Positions 12,990 through 24,849 of a stretch of 64,000 nt of DNA are shown piece by piece. Numbering within the stretch: position 1 is the stretch's first letter; every line of letters begins with the position of its first letter. Source of the stretch: Amphiscolops sp. MND2022 (Eukaryota); the NCBI GenBank assembly GCA_964187785.1, contig OZ076409.1, positions 60,452,001-60,516,000 on the forward strand. Direction: 5' to 3'. The position numbers were made by a program, and so were the translations under genes. The notes beneath the pieces are model-generated. The model was not told where the DNA came from. It saw nothing but the letters and a program-made list of their open reading frames with translations, and ran no database searches.

Positions 12990-14504
12990 GTTAGTAAACA
13001 ATAAACAGCTGAATAAGTACAGTAGTATTAACTAACTAAATTATTTTGTGTATAATTCGTCCCCATTTGCACTTCACCGTTCCCCTGTTCTATTATATCA
13101 GCCACAATTAAACAAGTCCCTTTGAAGTGCATTTACAACCGATTCTTGATGAGTAATAAAATCGTTATCGTAACCACACGTCTCATTAGCGGAAGAAAAA
13201 TCAACTTTCTATTTTTGAGGACTTGTTACGCAAAACACAGTAGTGCTCCTATCTTAAGAGGTGAATTCTGGCGATTATTCGGAAGAACTAACGAAATCTG
13301 ATGTTCAAGTGTAAGAAAACTAGCTTAATCAAAAGTTTCTGGAGCTGATTGAAACCTATCGGATCTTTATATTGACGTTGGGAAGCATAAGTATTTTTTA
13401 ACCTTAATTATTTGCTACTTTGTATTGTGAATCTGTGAAACTGTACGATAGTCTTGATCCTTTAATAGGCATCGGAAGTGGTAATTAAAGTCAGATTTAG
13501 ATCTTTGACCTTTTATAAAACTTAATCTAATCATGATATCGGGCGATATAATTACAAACTCAGGGCTTACAGGGTTAATTTAATTAGTTTACAGTTCAAA
13601 TATAGTTCCATTACATTAAAATTCGAGTGTTTAATTACATGAGAAAGTGTTAAACCGCAAATTGGGATTTTGTTTGTCACGTATTTAAGGTTGGTTTGAG
13701 ATGTTGGTTTGTGTGTTTCGATTGTTTCACAGCTTCTTAATTACTTGGGAACAAAAACATGTCAAAGATTGTTGACCGCCTTAGTAGGGAAAACACAAAC
13801 ACTGTGATAATGAATCTAAACATTTTCCCGTCCTGTTGAGTTAAGATCTTTGTTTACGTTCTCAGCAAATTGAAAATGGGCATATCTTGATCGTCGGCGA
13901 ACAACCTGTTCACACCAGCCGGAAAGCTGTTCACACTAGAACCGTGAACACTTGAATTAGCGGCCCGTGTTTGTACACGTCATTCAGGTGCTTACGCTAC
14001 CTATGACTCACTCGCCAACCCCGCTTTTGAATTAACAAAGAAAATGTTTTCATTACAACTTAATTGAATACCGACAACGACCTCAAAAAATAAACACGAA
14101 TTTGGGTTTCAAGTCTAGAGCTCGATTAAGGAGAAATGAGAAAATTTCAAAATATTTGCATTTCTTCCTGTAGATGGGTTTGCAGTGACTCAGGCGTTAA
14201 AGAAGCAAATAGTTTCAAAGGAATGTGCCTAGAATAAAACTTTCTGCATTGTTGAACCAGGAACCAAAAAGTCCCGGAACTTTTCAGAAAATGCTTTTGA
14301 AAATTCTCCTTTTGACACTCCATTAAAACGGACAAAAAACTACGAATGTCATAATCCTTTCCCTTTGGCTAATTGTAATATGTGAAATGTGCAATTGTTT
14401 TTGGGCTAGTGTTTCACATTTTTGTTTCGACTTTTTATGGAGTATTTCAATGTATACGTACTTTTATCTACAACCTTTGTAGTAGCGTTTTAAACTTTTT
14501 TCAG

Positions 14505-14788
14505 TGAATTGGACCGCGAGACCCGTTCACAGTACAATCTCATCCTTAAGGCCTACGACGGTTTCTCCCAGAACGAATTCGAACTGCTGGTCCAAGTACT
14601 AGACGTGAACGACAATGCCCCCAAATTCGACGAACTTAGTTACGAGAGTACCATTGACAGCGGCATTCCAGTGGGTACCGAGTTCCTCACAGTACACGCC
14701 CAGGACCCCGACAAGGGCGAGAACGCCACTGTGCAGTACTTCATTGTCTCTGACCCCTTGGCTTCGTTTGAGATTGATCATAAAACAG
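14505..14788 (+). CDS. ds: Dachsous-like protocadherin exon
   Basis: Reads ELDRETRSQYNLILKAYDG...VLDVNDNAPKF...AQDPDKGEN...IDHKTG. GTGAGA donor, phase 1. Confidence 0.92.
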
Positions 14789-15066
14789 GTGAGACAAAAA
14801 CTAGGTATTAGAACTTGGCTATGGCACCGCTAATTAGCGGTCTAGCGAATTAGCAAAAGCGGGAACATTTTATGAGCGAACTGATTTAGCCGTATCCATG
14901 TTATCAGCCATTTTCCAACAGTGCATTGAACAATAAACTCATACACATTGTTTCGAGAAAAATGTAGAATACTCAAAGATGGTGTAAAATCTACAAAATC
15001 CAATGCAGTTTTTGCCATTTTCAGCTCGCTGTAAATAAAATTTTTGATGTTAATGTTTTTTTTCAG

Positions 15067-17894
15067 GAAAAATCTCCCCATACAAAAAATTGAAGCCCGA
15101 GAACCAAGTTTCGAGGATCGCCCTTCTGGCCAAAGACAAAGGTGAACCTTCTTTGGAATCGAAAGTGCTGGTCAATCTGGTAGTCATAGACCACAGACCC
15201 TCAGAAGATTCACCGGTGCTGTTACCGATCGCCCCGAAATCAGTCCCGGAGGATACTCCTGTCGATCAGATCATCAACACCATAGCCGCGCAGTTCCAAG
15301 ACGGATCCAGTAGTTCTTACATCAAGTACCGCATCGTATCCGGAGACAATGACCAGGTATTTAAACTGGTTTTGGGAACGACGCTCAAAGTTTACGGGGC
15401 AGTGCTTATTCTGGCAAAGCCTCTGGACCGAGAAGTGAAGTCCAGATACAACTTACAGGTTATGGCTTTTGACGAGAGAAATCCCAATTTGAACAGTACC
15501 GGGAATTTCACTGTCGATGTTACTGATGTAAATGACAATGCACCCAAATTTGTTGGCAGTCCCTACCGTTACAATCTGTCAAACGCCACTGCAGTCGGTA
15601 AAGACCTTTTCATGGTGAGTGCCAACGATCCAGATGAAATCCAGAACGCCAAACTCACCTATAACATCAAGACCGGAGATCCCATGGGCTATTTCGAGAT
15701 CAATGATCAGGGCTGGATCCGACTGAGGAAGAAACTGGACGTGGAAGTCGGGACATCTTTCAAACTCACCATCACTTGCTCAGACTCCATTTTCACAAGT
15801 ATAGCCTCTGTTTATATCATGGTTCTCAAAGAAGATATCGACGCTCCCGTGTTCACCAAAGCTGAGTATACTTTCAGCTTCAGTGAAAATCATCCAATCG
15901 GCTTTGCCTTCAATTTGAAAGCTTTTAACGGCCTACAGCAAGACGTAGAAGGTTTCAGCTATTATTTCGAAGACGAAGAAGAAATTGTAGATGAAATGAA
16001 AAAAATCTTCTACATCGATCGTTATAACGGCAAAGTGGAATTCCTTCAGTCGCCAGATTTTGAACAAAGCTCAAACTACTCGTTTCATGTGAAAGCTATC
16101 AACTTGAAAAATCAGACGGATATAGCTAAAGTCAGTATTGTGATCGGAAGTGTCGACGAGTTTCCTCCAGTTTTTTTGAAGTCGTATAAGTTTACAGTAC
16201 CCGCTGAATTAGAAGAAGGCGCCGAGGTGGGACAAATTGTTGCAACGGACCAGGATAAAGGCCCTGATGGGGTTATAGTTTATAAACTTAGCGAGCCCAA
16301 CCCCAATTTCAAAATCGATAGAGAAACAGGAAAAATTTATATAAACCAGTCGTTGACCGACAATACTGAATGGCTTCCTAATAAAGACCAGTCCTCCACA
16401 ACGACTATTCCTTATCCACCGTTGCTTGTGGAGGTAAACTCAGGACGTCAAAACTCGCTGCATAAAATCCAAAATGTCGAAATAATAGTGGACATTACAA
16501 ACAGCCCGGAACTTTTGCCAGTTGTCACCAAAACAGGTCCAAACCCACTGAGTGGAATCATAATTGCAGTAATTGTCGCAACAATAGTTATGTTTTTGGT
16601 GGTCGCTGGAATCGCCACTCTGGCTTGTGTGTTTAACTCTACCAACAACAGAGCCAGACAAGCATCTTTGTCAGCATCTCCTACTAGGGAGTCATTCAAC
16701 TTCAGCAATGTTAACAACGTGTCACCTAGTTCCACACCCAACGGGGGGTACCCTAGCATGCAAATGAACCTACAGGTGAACCCATCGCACCGGTCTAACG
16801 GGTCAAGTGGTCGAGGCTCTGCCATCAATGACGGTGACAGCGAGATAAGATTGATCACCGAGAGAAATTATTTCAAACCCGCCAAAGTGCCAGACTTTCT
16901 ACAATACCAGAAGGATTCTGGTTTTAACGACATGCCTGACAATGTATCAATGGAAAGCGTGGCAAATATTGCTGAAGTGATTTACGCAGAAGATGAGCCA
17001 CATGTTTACGCAAGTGCGAGCATCGAAGATGTTCATCCGTTTGCAGACGAAGCGGGTCGAACCGGAATGAGCAGTCTGATTTACTCGAAACTGCACGAGA
17101 TTGGTGCTGACCAATTCGACCCCCAGAAAGCCTTCCAGGGCAGCTTCAATTCCCTGGTGGGTCAAGAGTTGCATAACTCGTACAACTGGGATCATCTCCT
17201 AAACTGGAACCCCCAATATCATCAACTTGCCCAAGTGTTCGCAGACATCGCAAAATTGAAAGACGAAACCAGTTCTGATCACTCCCCGGGCGCCCTGCCA
17301 GAGCCCCTCCCACAGCTGTTCACGTCACACGGTACTCAGAAACCAGGCAGCAGTGGCACTGTCGGACCTATGGCAGGACCCCACGGGGCAATGGGAACCG
17401 GGGATAGATCCCACTGTTCTCAACATGCGACACCCAGTTCTAAAAAGGCAACACCCCCACCCTTCCTGGGCCGAGACGTGCACCCGGGGAACCCCAACAT
17501 TGGCATAATGAGTGGCCACCCCCACAGCAGGCACGGCTACCCGATGCCACCGCCCATGCGGAATAACAACAGTCACCCAAGCTCCATGCAACATCAACAA
17601 CAACCCAACTTCGCTCACGGTGCCAACGATCTCTCAAACTCAGCTTTAGGGGGGCAAAAGGCACCTGCCGGAGGAAGTAAGAAGAAAAACAACTACAGCA
17701 ATGCTAGTCTAACCGGAAGCACGTCCAGCGGGAGCACAGTCAGTGCCACCAACATGCCTGCTAACCATAAGAGCATGTCGAAACAGAACAACCTCGCTAT
17801 GGGTGTGAGCGGGGCCACCGCGGCTAGAAACAGACCCACAAATTCGGCCACGAGTCGCAACTTCGTTTCAGAGCACTCTGAACACCCTGTGTAG
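15067..17894 (+). CDS. ds: Dachsous-like protocadherin terminal exon: about 4 cadherin repeats, TM helix, cytoplasmic tail
   Basis: LDRE, DVNDNAP and DQDKGPDG motifs. TM segment GIIIAVIVATIVMFLVVAGIATLACVF. The tail has SSGRGSA and YNWDHLLNWNPQYHQLAQVFADIAKLKDE, characteristic of Dachsous/DCHS. Stop TAG at 17892-17894. Confidence 0.92.
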
Positions 17895-17946
17895 CCAAAC
17901 ATACTTCGATAGACAACATAAAAACTTTTGTTTTTCATTTTGCGCA

Positions 17947-17952
17947 AATAAA
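17947..17952 (+). promoter_or_regulatory. candidate polyadenylation signal of the dachsous-like gene
   Basis: AATAAA about 50 bp after the stop codon. The context is AT-rich, so support is weak. Confidence 0.35.
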
Positions 17953-18814
17953 CAACTTTAGTATTTCGTGGTCATTGATTGACCACAAATTATCAACCTG
18001 AACAGCAATTATGGCCAGTCTATTTAGGAATTTATTTGATAAGCAGGAAAAAAAACAAGAAAAGGCTCAATTGATTGTATTGAGAAGTGCAGTTTTATTT
18101 ACATGATTTGATTTTCATTTGACTTATTTTTGTAATTTTCCATGTTGAAAAATATTTATTTCTACTTGTGGTTTTCCTTTCAAGGGTTGGTTTTGGGCAC
18201 GTCTAGAAACCAAGATAACAATGGTAATCTTTTATATTGGCATTACTGCAACAAGGAAGCGGTCTAGATTAGGATATATAAACAGGCTTTATCCTTAATC
18301 TGTAATTGATCTGCACTAATCCTTTTATAAGCAACCTGCCAACAACCTTTTGTGCCACCGAGTCCTAGTTTTATTGCCGTTTAACTTGCTAATGGCCGTT
18401 CAAAATCTGCGCGAGCTAAGTTCCAATCGATATCAGACGACTATCCCAAGATTAATTGACTAAAAGGCAACAGAGGCCGGAACTCCTCAGCATTAGATTG
18501 AAGAGAAACCCAGTTTGCTGCGAGATAAAAGTTATTAAAACACATGTTGTGTTATATCCTCTGATTTCCTTTTTTATGAAAGCATTGATAAACTGTCACG
18601 TGAAAGTACGTTTTGTTGTAACAAAAACCGATCATTGAAACTATGCACACGCGAATGAAACCAACATGAAGGAGACATTCATCGAAAGAGGACATTCATC
18701 GAAAAAAAATTGGAGTAAAGCGAAGTAAGATTCAGTAATTCTATTTTTAAGATTCATTAATCAAAATAGAGAAGATATGGTATAGAGGTATTTTGATCCG
18801 CGAGATAACCCATA

Positions 18815-18963
18815 TAGAGAGGGCTTTTGACTTCTTGAAACTATTAAGTATTTGCCGGCAAATTCTGACTTACTGTTTAGGCTTTATTGATTGAGAAACA
18901 ATGATCTTTCAGACTTTGTTCACAAGGCCTTAGTAGCTTAGTTGTAGTAGTGATGAATCACCA
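18815..18963 (-). repeat. 3' LTR of BEL/Pao element 1
   Basis: Identical to 24672-24820. On the - strand it is preceded by PPT GGCGTGGGAGAATA (18964-18977). Confidence 0.95.
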
Positions 18964-19271
18964 TATTCTCCCACGCCTTGAACTAACAGGTTCAAAATGG
19001 CAAGAGGGGGGAAGCAATTGGCGTAGTTACTGAAACAAAGTCAATTAAGAACTGCTGAAACAACAGCTGATGATTATAAAGAAACTCCAATAATGGTATG
19101 AGATGAATGAATGAATGTGTGAGCACCAGGAAGACATCGGCTTTAATGCTAAGATGCTCAGAACAAATAAACAATCTAGGAAGGCGATAATGTAACTAAA
19201 AGAATGACTGACAAGTGATTATGATTACAAGCTTCCGAATAAAATGAATTGAATTGCCAGTAAGCAACCTT

Positions 19272-22200
19272 TTAAAGGGGTAATTTCCTCAGTTTAACAA
19301 TGGGTCTGTTGCTGACCCATTTTGCAGTTTCAACTTCCACTACACGTGTGCGGGTATCGTTTCCTTTGAAAAGTTTGGTAATTCGAGCGAGAGGCCAATC
19401 AAGAACTCGACAATTATCCTCCGCTACTGGTACAAGGTCTCCTATGTTGAAGCTGTTACTATCGTTCAACCATTTTTTTCTAACTTGCAGAGAGGTAATG
19501 TAATTTCGATGCCATTCTTTCCAAAACTGGTTTCTTATAGTCTGCATTTGCTGAAAATCTCTGAGGTTGCCCAAACGAATTGTCTTTTTGGAATTCAGGT
19601 CAGGAATTAGGTTGATTGGCGAGCCAATTAAAAAATGTCCTGGAGTTAGAGCGCTCAAATCATTAGGGTCAGTGGAAAGGGCTGTCAATGGTCTCGAATT
19701 CAGCATGCATTCGATTTGTGTGATTAAGGTTGTGAAATGCTCAATTAGTAGGATATGCTTCTTCATGACTTTTCGAAGATGATGTTTCATGGACTTGATT
19801 GATGTCTCCCAAAGACCTCCAAAATGTGGTGCATGTACTGGTATAACTAACCATTCGATTGCTTTTGCTGATAAGTTCTGCTTCATGTGTCGATTGAAAG
19901 CATCAATTTCAAAAGTGTTGTCTAAGTCTGTTCTGGAGGCGAGAAAATTAGTTGCATTATCAGAGAAGATTTTTGTTGGTCGGCCTCGCCGGGCGCAAAA
20001 ACGTGCAATTGCTGCTAGACACGCTTCTTCATGTAGAGATGTAACAACCTCTAAATGACATGCTTTCGTAGACATACAAACAAAAAGACAAACGTAAACT
20101 TTCACAGGGTCCTTCACAGTGGGAGAAAACCTTACTAAAAAAGGTCCAGTAAAATCCATTCCAATGTCATTGAAAGCACGAACTGCTGAAATCCTTTCTA
20201 CGGGAAGATCACCCATAAGTCGAAATGGCTCGGTACAAGTGAATCGACTACAGGTCACACAATTTTTTATGTAAGATTTGATCAAGGGCTTGGCAGCTAC
20301 TATCCAATACTTTTGCCTAATTGTGTTCAGAACTAAATCAACTCCACCATGTAAAGTATCGAAATGAGCATCTGCAATTAACATTTTGGCAATTATCGAA
20401 TCCTTCGAAATCAAAACAGGATGTTTCTTCAGTTCTGAAAAGTCACCTTGGGTCAAACGACCACCAACTCGAACTAATTTAGTGGCAGGGTCTAGAAATG
20501 GAGCAAGATTTTTGTAAGAATTACTATTAGGTAAAATATCTTGACTCTGTAACAGGGCAATTTCATCTTTCAAGTCATTCGATTGAATGAGTTGTAAAAG
20601 TTTGATGGAGGCGGAATGAATGTCTGGAACATTTGGAATGTAGTGACCGCGTTGTTTTGTTTTGATCAAATTTAAAAAGCGTAAAATGTAACAAAAAACT
20701 CTAACCATTTTTCTAAAGCTAGTGAATCTGTCAAAATCGAGAAAAGCAAAATTTGATTGAAGGTGGCTGGTTTGACAAGTCGAAATAATAGCCTCGTCTG
20801 TTTGATTTGAGAAAATACCAGCTGGAGTAATTGGAGAATGTGGCCATGACGACTTTTCGGATAACCAAGATGGTCCGTGCCACCACAATGACATGTCTGC
20901 AATTTTGTCTGCAGGGACTCCACGAGAGCAAATATCAGCTGGGTTTTCTTCACCGACAACATGATTCCATTTTTCAAATGGCAAAAAGGATTGAATTTTT
21001 GAGATGCGGTTACGAATGAAGGTTTGCCACGAGCTAGCTGGCTTCGATAACCATGATAAGACAATAGTTGAATCTGTCCAACCGTTGAGAGATAATCTGT
21101 CATTAAAGAGAATAACTAAAACTCTGTGAACTGTTTCAAGAAGATTCACACCGAGAACTGCTGCACAAAGTTCTAGTCGGGGCAAAGAAAGTGATTTAAC
21201 GGGTGCAACTCTTGTCTTTGAGGCTATCAGATGACAACTCTTTGTGTCATCGCAACGGCAAACAGCATAAATGGCAGCCCCGTAAGCTTTCTCTGAGGCA
21301 TCAGAGAACATGTGAAGTTCAACGTGCTGTACTGAAGTTTGTCGCTCTGGTAAAAGACAACGAGCAATTGAAAAATTCTTGATAGCACTTAAACTTTGTC
21401 GTAGCAACAACCATTCCTGTAAGATAAGCGGGGGCAATGATTGGTCCCAACCTAATTTGAGTTTCCATAAATCTTGAATGAAGCATTTAAATTTAACAAG
21501 TACTGGTGAGAAACAACCGAGAGGATCAAATAAACTAGTAATTTCAGAAAGCACACCTCTTTTCGTTATCGGGGGTTTGTCTGCAAGCTTAACAGTAAAA
21601 ACAAAAGAATCGGGATTAGGCCTCCACACAATTCCGAGAGCCTTAATTTTATATTCCTCATCTTGAAAAGTTATATCATCTTTGGTTTCTCGGAGTGTTT
21701 CGGGTAATCTTTTGATCAATTCAGGACTGTTGGATGTCCACTTCCGTAAAGGGAAGCCACCTGTCTGTAAAGTTTCTATGAGTTGGTCTTGTAAGTCCTT
21801 TGCCTCTTCAATATTGGAACAACCGGTGAGTAAGTCATCTACATACATGTCAATTTCAATAATCCGACGAACTTTTTCGGGCGCAGTTTTGGCTAACTCA
21901 AGTAATGACCGAATAGAATGAAAACTAGAAGAAGTAACGCCGTATGTAACACGTGTCATTCGCAAGTGCTGAATGGGATCTGTGTCTTTCTCACGCCATA
22001 AAACCCGATGAAAATCACGGTCAGGTTTATGCAAAGCAACTTGGCGATACATTTTTGCTATGTCGGCACTTAGCACAAACTTGTGAAATCGAAGTCGAAG
22101 AAGAATGTCAAATAAATCACTCTGAAGTTTCGGTCCGATCATCAGGTTACTATTCAAAGAATTGTTTAGAGTTGTTTTTGCTGAAGCATCAAACACGACT

Positions 22201-24410
22201 CGAAGCTTTGTTGTAGTACTGTCAGCCTTAGTAACAAAATGATGTGGTAAGTAGAAGGATTTAGAAGGTTTGATGTCAATTTCATTTTCCGGGACAACTT
22301 CCATGTGACCGAGTGCTAAAAACTCGTTGATGAAGTCAGTGTATTGTTGTTTTATTTCTGGTAGTTTAGAAAGTCTTTTTTCTGAACTGAGAAACCGTCT
22401 CTTGGCGTTTTGTAGAGAATCACCTAAGTTTGATTCATTTTCTTTGAAAGGCAATTTAACGAAAAATCGTCCACCTTTGTCGCGAGTGGTTGTATCAAGG
22501 AAGTGTTGCTCGCATGCCAATTCTTCATCAGTGTGTTTCGAAACCTGCGGCACGTTTTCAAGTTCCCAAAACTTCTGCAAAGAAGTATCCAAGCAATGAA
22601 AGGCTTGAACTTGATAACTTGATTTACATTGAGTTTGTCCAATCACAACCCAACCAAAAATTGTTTCGCGTAACGCTAAACCTTTCGAAAGTTCGACTTT
22701 TCTCTCAAGAAAAACTTCTTCGAAAACATCGGCCCCCAGAATTAAATCGATGCGACCCGGTGTCTGGAATTGTGGATCGGCATAAACAAAATTGCAATGA
22801 TTGTCGAACAAACTGATGTCAATATTTTGCATTGGAATGTTTTGTGTTAATTTGGGAAGAACAAAAGCTGTAACACGCAACGGGTTAACAGAAGAATTAT
22901 GTATTTGAATTTCTATAGTACCAGAACAAGTACTTGTTTTACCACCCAAAGCGGAAACTGTAATTGAGTTACGTTGTTTTGGTAACTGTAATTTCTGAGA
23001 AGCATCGTCGGTGATGAAAGATGTCTGAGAGCCAGAATCTAAAAGAGCCCGCAAGGAAACAATACCGTGTTTACCCTGCACTTGAACTACTGCTGTTGGT
23101 AAAATTACTTGTTTGGAACTTGTGGCACTGTGAGAGGTAACAATTGTTTCGTCTGTCTCCTGAGCTTCTACTGTAGCTGAATTAGCTTTGAAATCTTTCT
23201 TTTGTCGATGAAGAGTTGTGTGATGAGAACGATTACATTCCTTGCATTTACTAGCACTTGAGCAGTCCTGAAGACGATGTCCGTACCGAAGGCAGTTGAA
23301 GCATAATCTTTTTTCTTTTATAAAGTCTGTCTTTTCGTCAATAGTCAGTCCATTGTACTTAGGACAAGTGTAAAGTCTATGTTCTTGTCCACAACAAAGG
23401 CAAGTTTCGATGGACTGTGTTCCTGCATAACTTTGATTATGTTGTTGACTGTTCTGTTGCGATTGATTTTTGTGTTCACTGTAAAACTGTTTCGGACTGG
23501 GCGTTGATGCTTCGAGGGCATTGCATCTTGTCTCGATGAATGTTTTTAGTGCTTCGTATGTTTGCAAGCTTGTCCCAGGTGAAGCAATTTCCCATTGCCG
23601 TCGAGTTTCTAAATCTAACCGTTCTGTCACGAGAAAGATAAGAAAGAGATCGTAATGTTCCACCGGCAGACCCAATGTTTGCAAACTTAAACGATGTTCT
23701 TCTATTCCTTCAATCAGTTTCCGCAAGTCGTTGCCGTTGTCGTTTCGCATTTTTGGCAAATCAAAAATACTTTGGACATGAGCTCGAGCAATCATACGTG
23801 GGTTGTTGTAACGTTTTTTCAAAACATCGAGTGCAGTTTCATAATTATTATCCGTTACAGTAAAAGAGGACAAAAGTTTGGCGGCGTCAGCTGTTAATGA
23901 AGCTTTCAAATATTGCAGTTTTTGTGAATTGGTTAAAGTAGAATTTGAATTAACGGAGCTGGTAAAAAGATCAAAAAAAGACGTCCAGTTTTTGTAATTG
24001 CCACTGAAAGTAGGAAGATTCAATTTTGGTAATCTTGTATTGTTCCTGTTTGCATTACTGTTCATTGTATGTGAGGAGGCAGAAGTGCTAACGCCAGTAG
24101 ATTCGGCGGTTTGGTTGAAATTATGAAGGAAACGTTTTATTGTGTCGATATTGATGAAAATTTGATCATTCAAGTCAGCAGAAGATGTTATTGCTGCTTC
24201 AATCTCATCGATTTGTAAAGAGGCATGTATTTGGGAATCCAATGCTTGAATTTCGCTCAAACGTTTTTCCATTAGCGCTATAATCTGACTGAGGCGGTTA
24301 CTTTGAGCCGTTGTAATACTAGCTGAATCCATGATGTTTCGGGCCTCATTGAAATATCGTGTGCACAAGCCACGATATGCACTTCTAGACCGGGTGTTAA
24401 CATCACCCAT
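19272..24410 (-). CDS. BEL/Pao gag-pol polyprotein, 1712 aa
   Basis: Gag LPKLNLPTFSG (DUF1759-like), Cys/His knuckles (CFNCLRYGHRLQDC), protease ALLDSGSQ, RT SADIAKMYRQ and YVDD, RNase H FSDASEKAYG, integrase HHCC with DFTGP, SDNATNF and GGLWE, C-terminal WPLARI. Confidence 0.97.
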   Translation of the reverse strand: MGDVNTRSRSAYRGLCTRYFNEARNIMDSASITTAQSNRLSQIIALMEKRLSEIQALDSQIHASLQIDEIEAAITSSADLNDQIFINIDTIKRFLHNFNQTAESTGVSTSASSHTMNSNANRNNTRLPKLNLPTFSGNYKNWTSFFDLFTSSVNSNSTLTNSQKLQYLKASLTADAAKLLSSFTVTDNNYETALDVLKKRYNNPRMIARAHVQSIFDLPKMRNDNGNDLRKLIEGIEEHRLSLQTLGLPVEHYDLFLIFLVTERLDLETRRQWEIASPGTSLQTYEALKTFIETRCNALEASTPSPKQFYSEHKNQSQQNSQQHNQSYAGTQSIETCLCCGQEHRLYTCPKYNGLTIDEKTDFIKEKRLCFNCLRYGHRLQDCSSASKCKECNRSHHTTLHRQKKDFKANSATVEAQETDETIVTSHSATSSKQVILPTAVVQVQGKHGIVSLRALLDSGSQTSFITDDASQKLQLPKQRNSITVSALGGKTSTCSGTIEIQIHNSSVNPLRVTAFVLPKLTQNIPMQNIDISLFDNHCNFVYADPQFQTPGRIDLILGADVFEEVFLERKVELSKGLALRETIFGWVVIGQTQCKSSYQVQAFHCLDTSLQKFWELENVPQVSKHTDEELACEQHFLDTTTRDKGGRFFVKLPFKENESNLGDSLQNAKRRFLSSEKRLSKLPEIKQQYTDFINEFLALGHMEVVPENEIDIKPSKSFYLPHHFVTKADSTTTKLRVVFDASAKTTLNNSLNSNLMIGPKLQSDLFDILLRLRFHKFVLSADIAKMYRQVALHKPDRDFHRVLWREKDTDPIQHLRMTRVTYGVTSSSFHSIRSLLELAKTAPEKVRRIIEIDMYVDDLLTGCSNIEEAKDLQDQLIETLQTGGFPLRKWTSNSPELIKRLPETLRETKDDITFQDEEYKIKALGIVWRPNPDSFVFTVKLADKPPITKRGVLSEITSLFDPLGCFSPVLVKFKCFIQDLWKLKLGWDQSLPPLILQEWLLLRQSLSAIKNFSIARCLLPERQTSVQHVELHMFSDASEKAYGAAIYAVCRCDDTKSCHLIASKTRVAPVKSLSLPRLELCAAVLGVNLLETVHRVLVILFNDRLSLNGWTDSTIVLSWLSKPASSWQTFIRNRISKIQSFLPFEKWNHVVGEENPADICSRGVPADKIADMSLWWHGPSWLSEKSSWPHSPITPAGIFSNQTDEAIISTCQTSHLQSNFAFLDFDRFTSFRKMVRVFCYILRFLNLIKTKQRGHYIPNVPDIHSASIKLLQLIQSNDLKDEIALLQSQDILPNSNSYKNLAPFLDPATKLVRVGGRLTQGDFSELKKHPVLISKDSIIAKMLIADAHFDTLHGGVDLVLNTIRQKYWIVAAKPLIKSYIKNCVTCSRFTCTEPFRLMGDLPVERISAVRAFNDIGMDFTGPFLVRFSPTVKDPVKVYVCLFVCMSTKACHLEVVTSLHEEACLAAIARFCARRGRPTKIFSDNATNFLASRTDLDNTFEIDAFNRHMKQNLSAKAIEWLVIPVHAPHFGGLWETSIKSMKHHLRKVMKKHILLIEHFTTLITQIECMLNSRPLTALSTDPNDLSALTPGHFLIGSPINLIPDLNSKKTIRLGNLRDFQQMQTIRNQFWKEWHRNYITSLQVRKKWLNDSNSFNIGDLVPVAEDNCRVLDWPLARITKLFKGNDTRTRVVEVETAKWVSNRPIVKLRKLPL

Positions 24411-24658
24411 TTTTGAAAAGAAATATAACTAACTTCGACAAATGGTAAAATATGAACTTCTTGACTTTAGTATCTGGCTTTAGTATCTGACTTTAAGGAG
24501 ATTTTAACAACTGTAAAGGGAAATAAACTCTGTAGAATAACTTGTGACTTTTCGAAAGGGAGAGCAAAAAAGTGCAATGAAAAGAAAAAAAAACTTAGCT
24601 TTTATACTGTGAAGACTCGTTTGAAGAACTGCTGCTGGGTAGATTCTGTAGCTTTTTG

Positions 24659-24666
24659 CGGCACCA
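24659..24666 (-). promoter_or_regulatory. primer-binding site, tRNA-His-like
   Basis: TGGTGCCG lies 5 nt downstream of the 5' LTR and is complementary to a tRNA 3' end ...CGGCACCA. The same 8-mer also fits tRNA-Phe. Confidence 0.55.
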
Positions 24667-24671
24667 TAATA

Positions 24672-24820
24672 TAGAGAGGGCTTTTGACTTCTTGAAACTA
24701 TTAAGTATTTGCCGGCAAATTCTGACTTACTGTTTAGGCTTTATTGATTGAGAAACAATGATCTTTCAGACTTTGTTCACAAGGCCTTAGTAGCTTAGTT
24801 GTAGTAGTGATGAATCACCA
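24672..24820 (-). repeat. 5' LTR of BEL/Pao element 1
   Basis: Reads TGGTGATTC...CCCTCTCTA on the - strand. Identical to the 3' LTR. Confidence 0.95.
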
Positions 24821-24849
24821 CCATATACAGTTAACCATGCATCTTAAAC

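Larger units (their letters stand above)
18815..24820 (-). mobile_element. full-length BEL/Pao LTR retrotransposon, apparently intact
   Basis: Two 149-bp LTRs identical by eye, TSD CCATA (18810-18814 and 24821-24825), PBS, PPT and a single gag-pol ORF. Confidence 0.97.
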
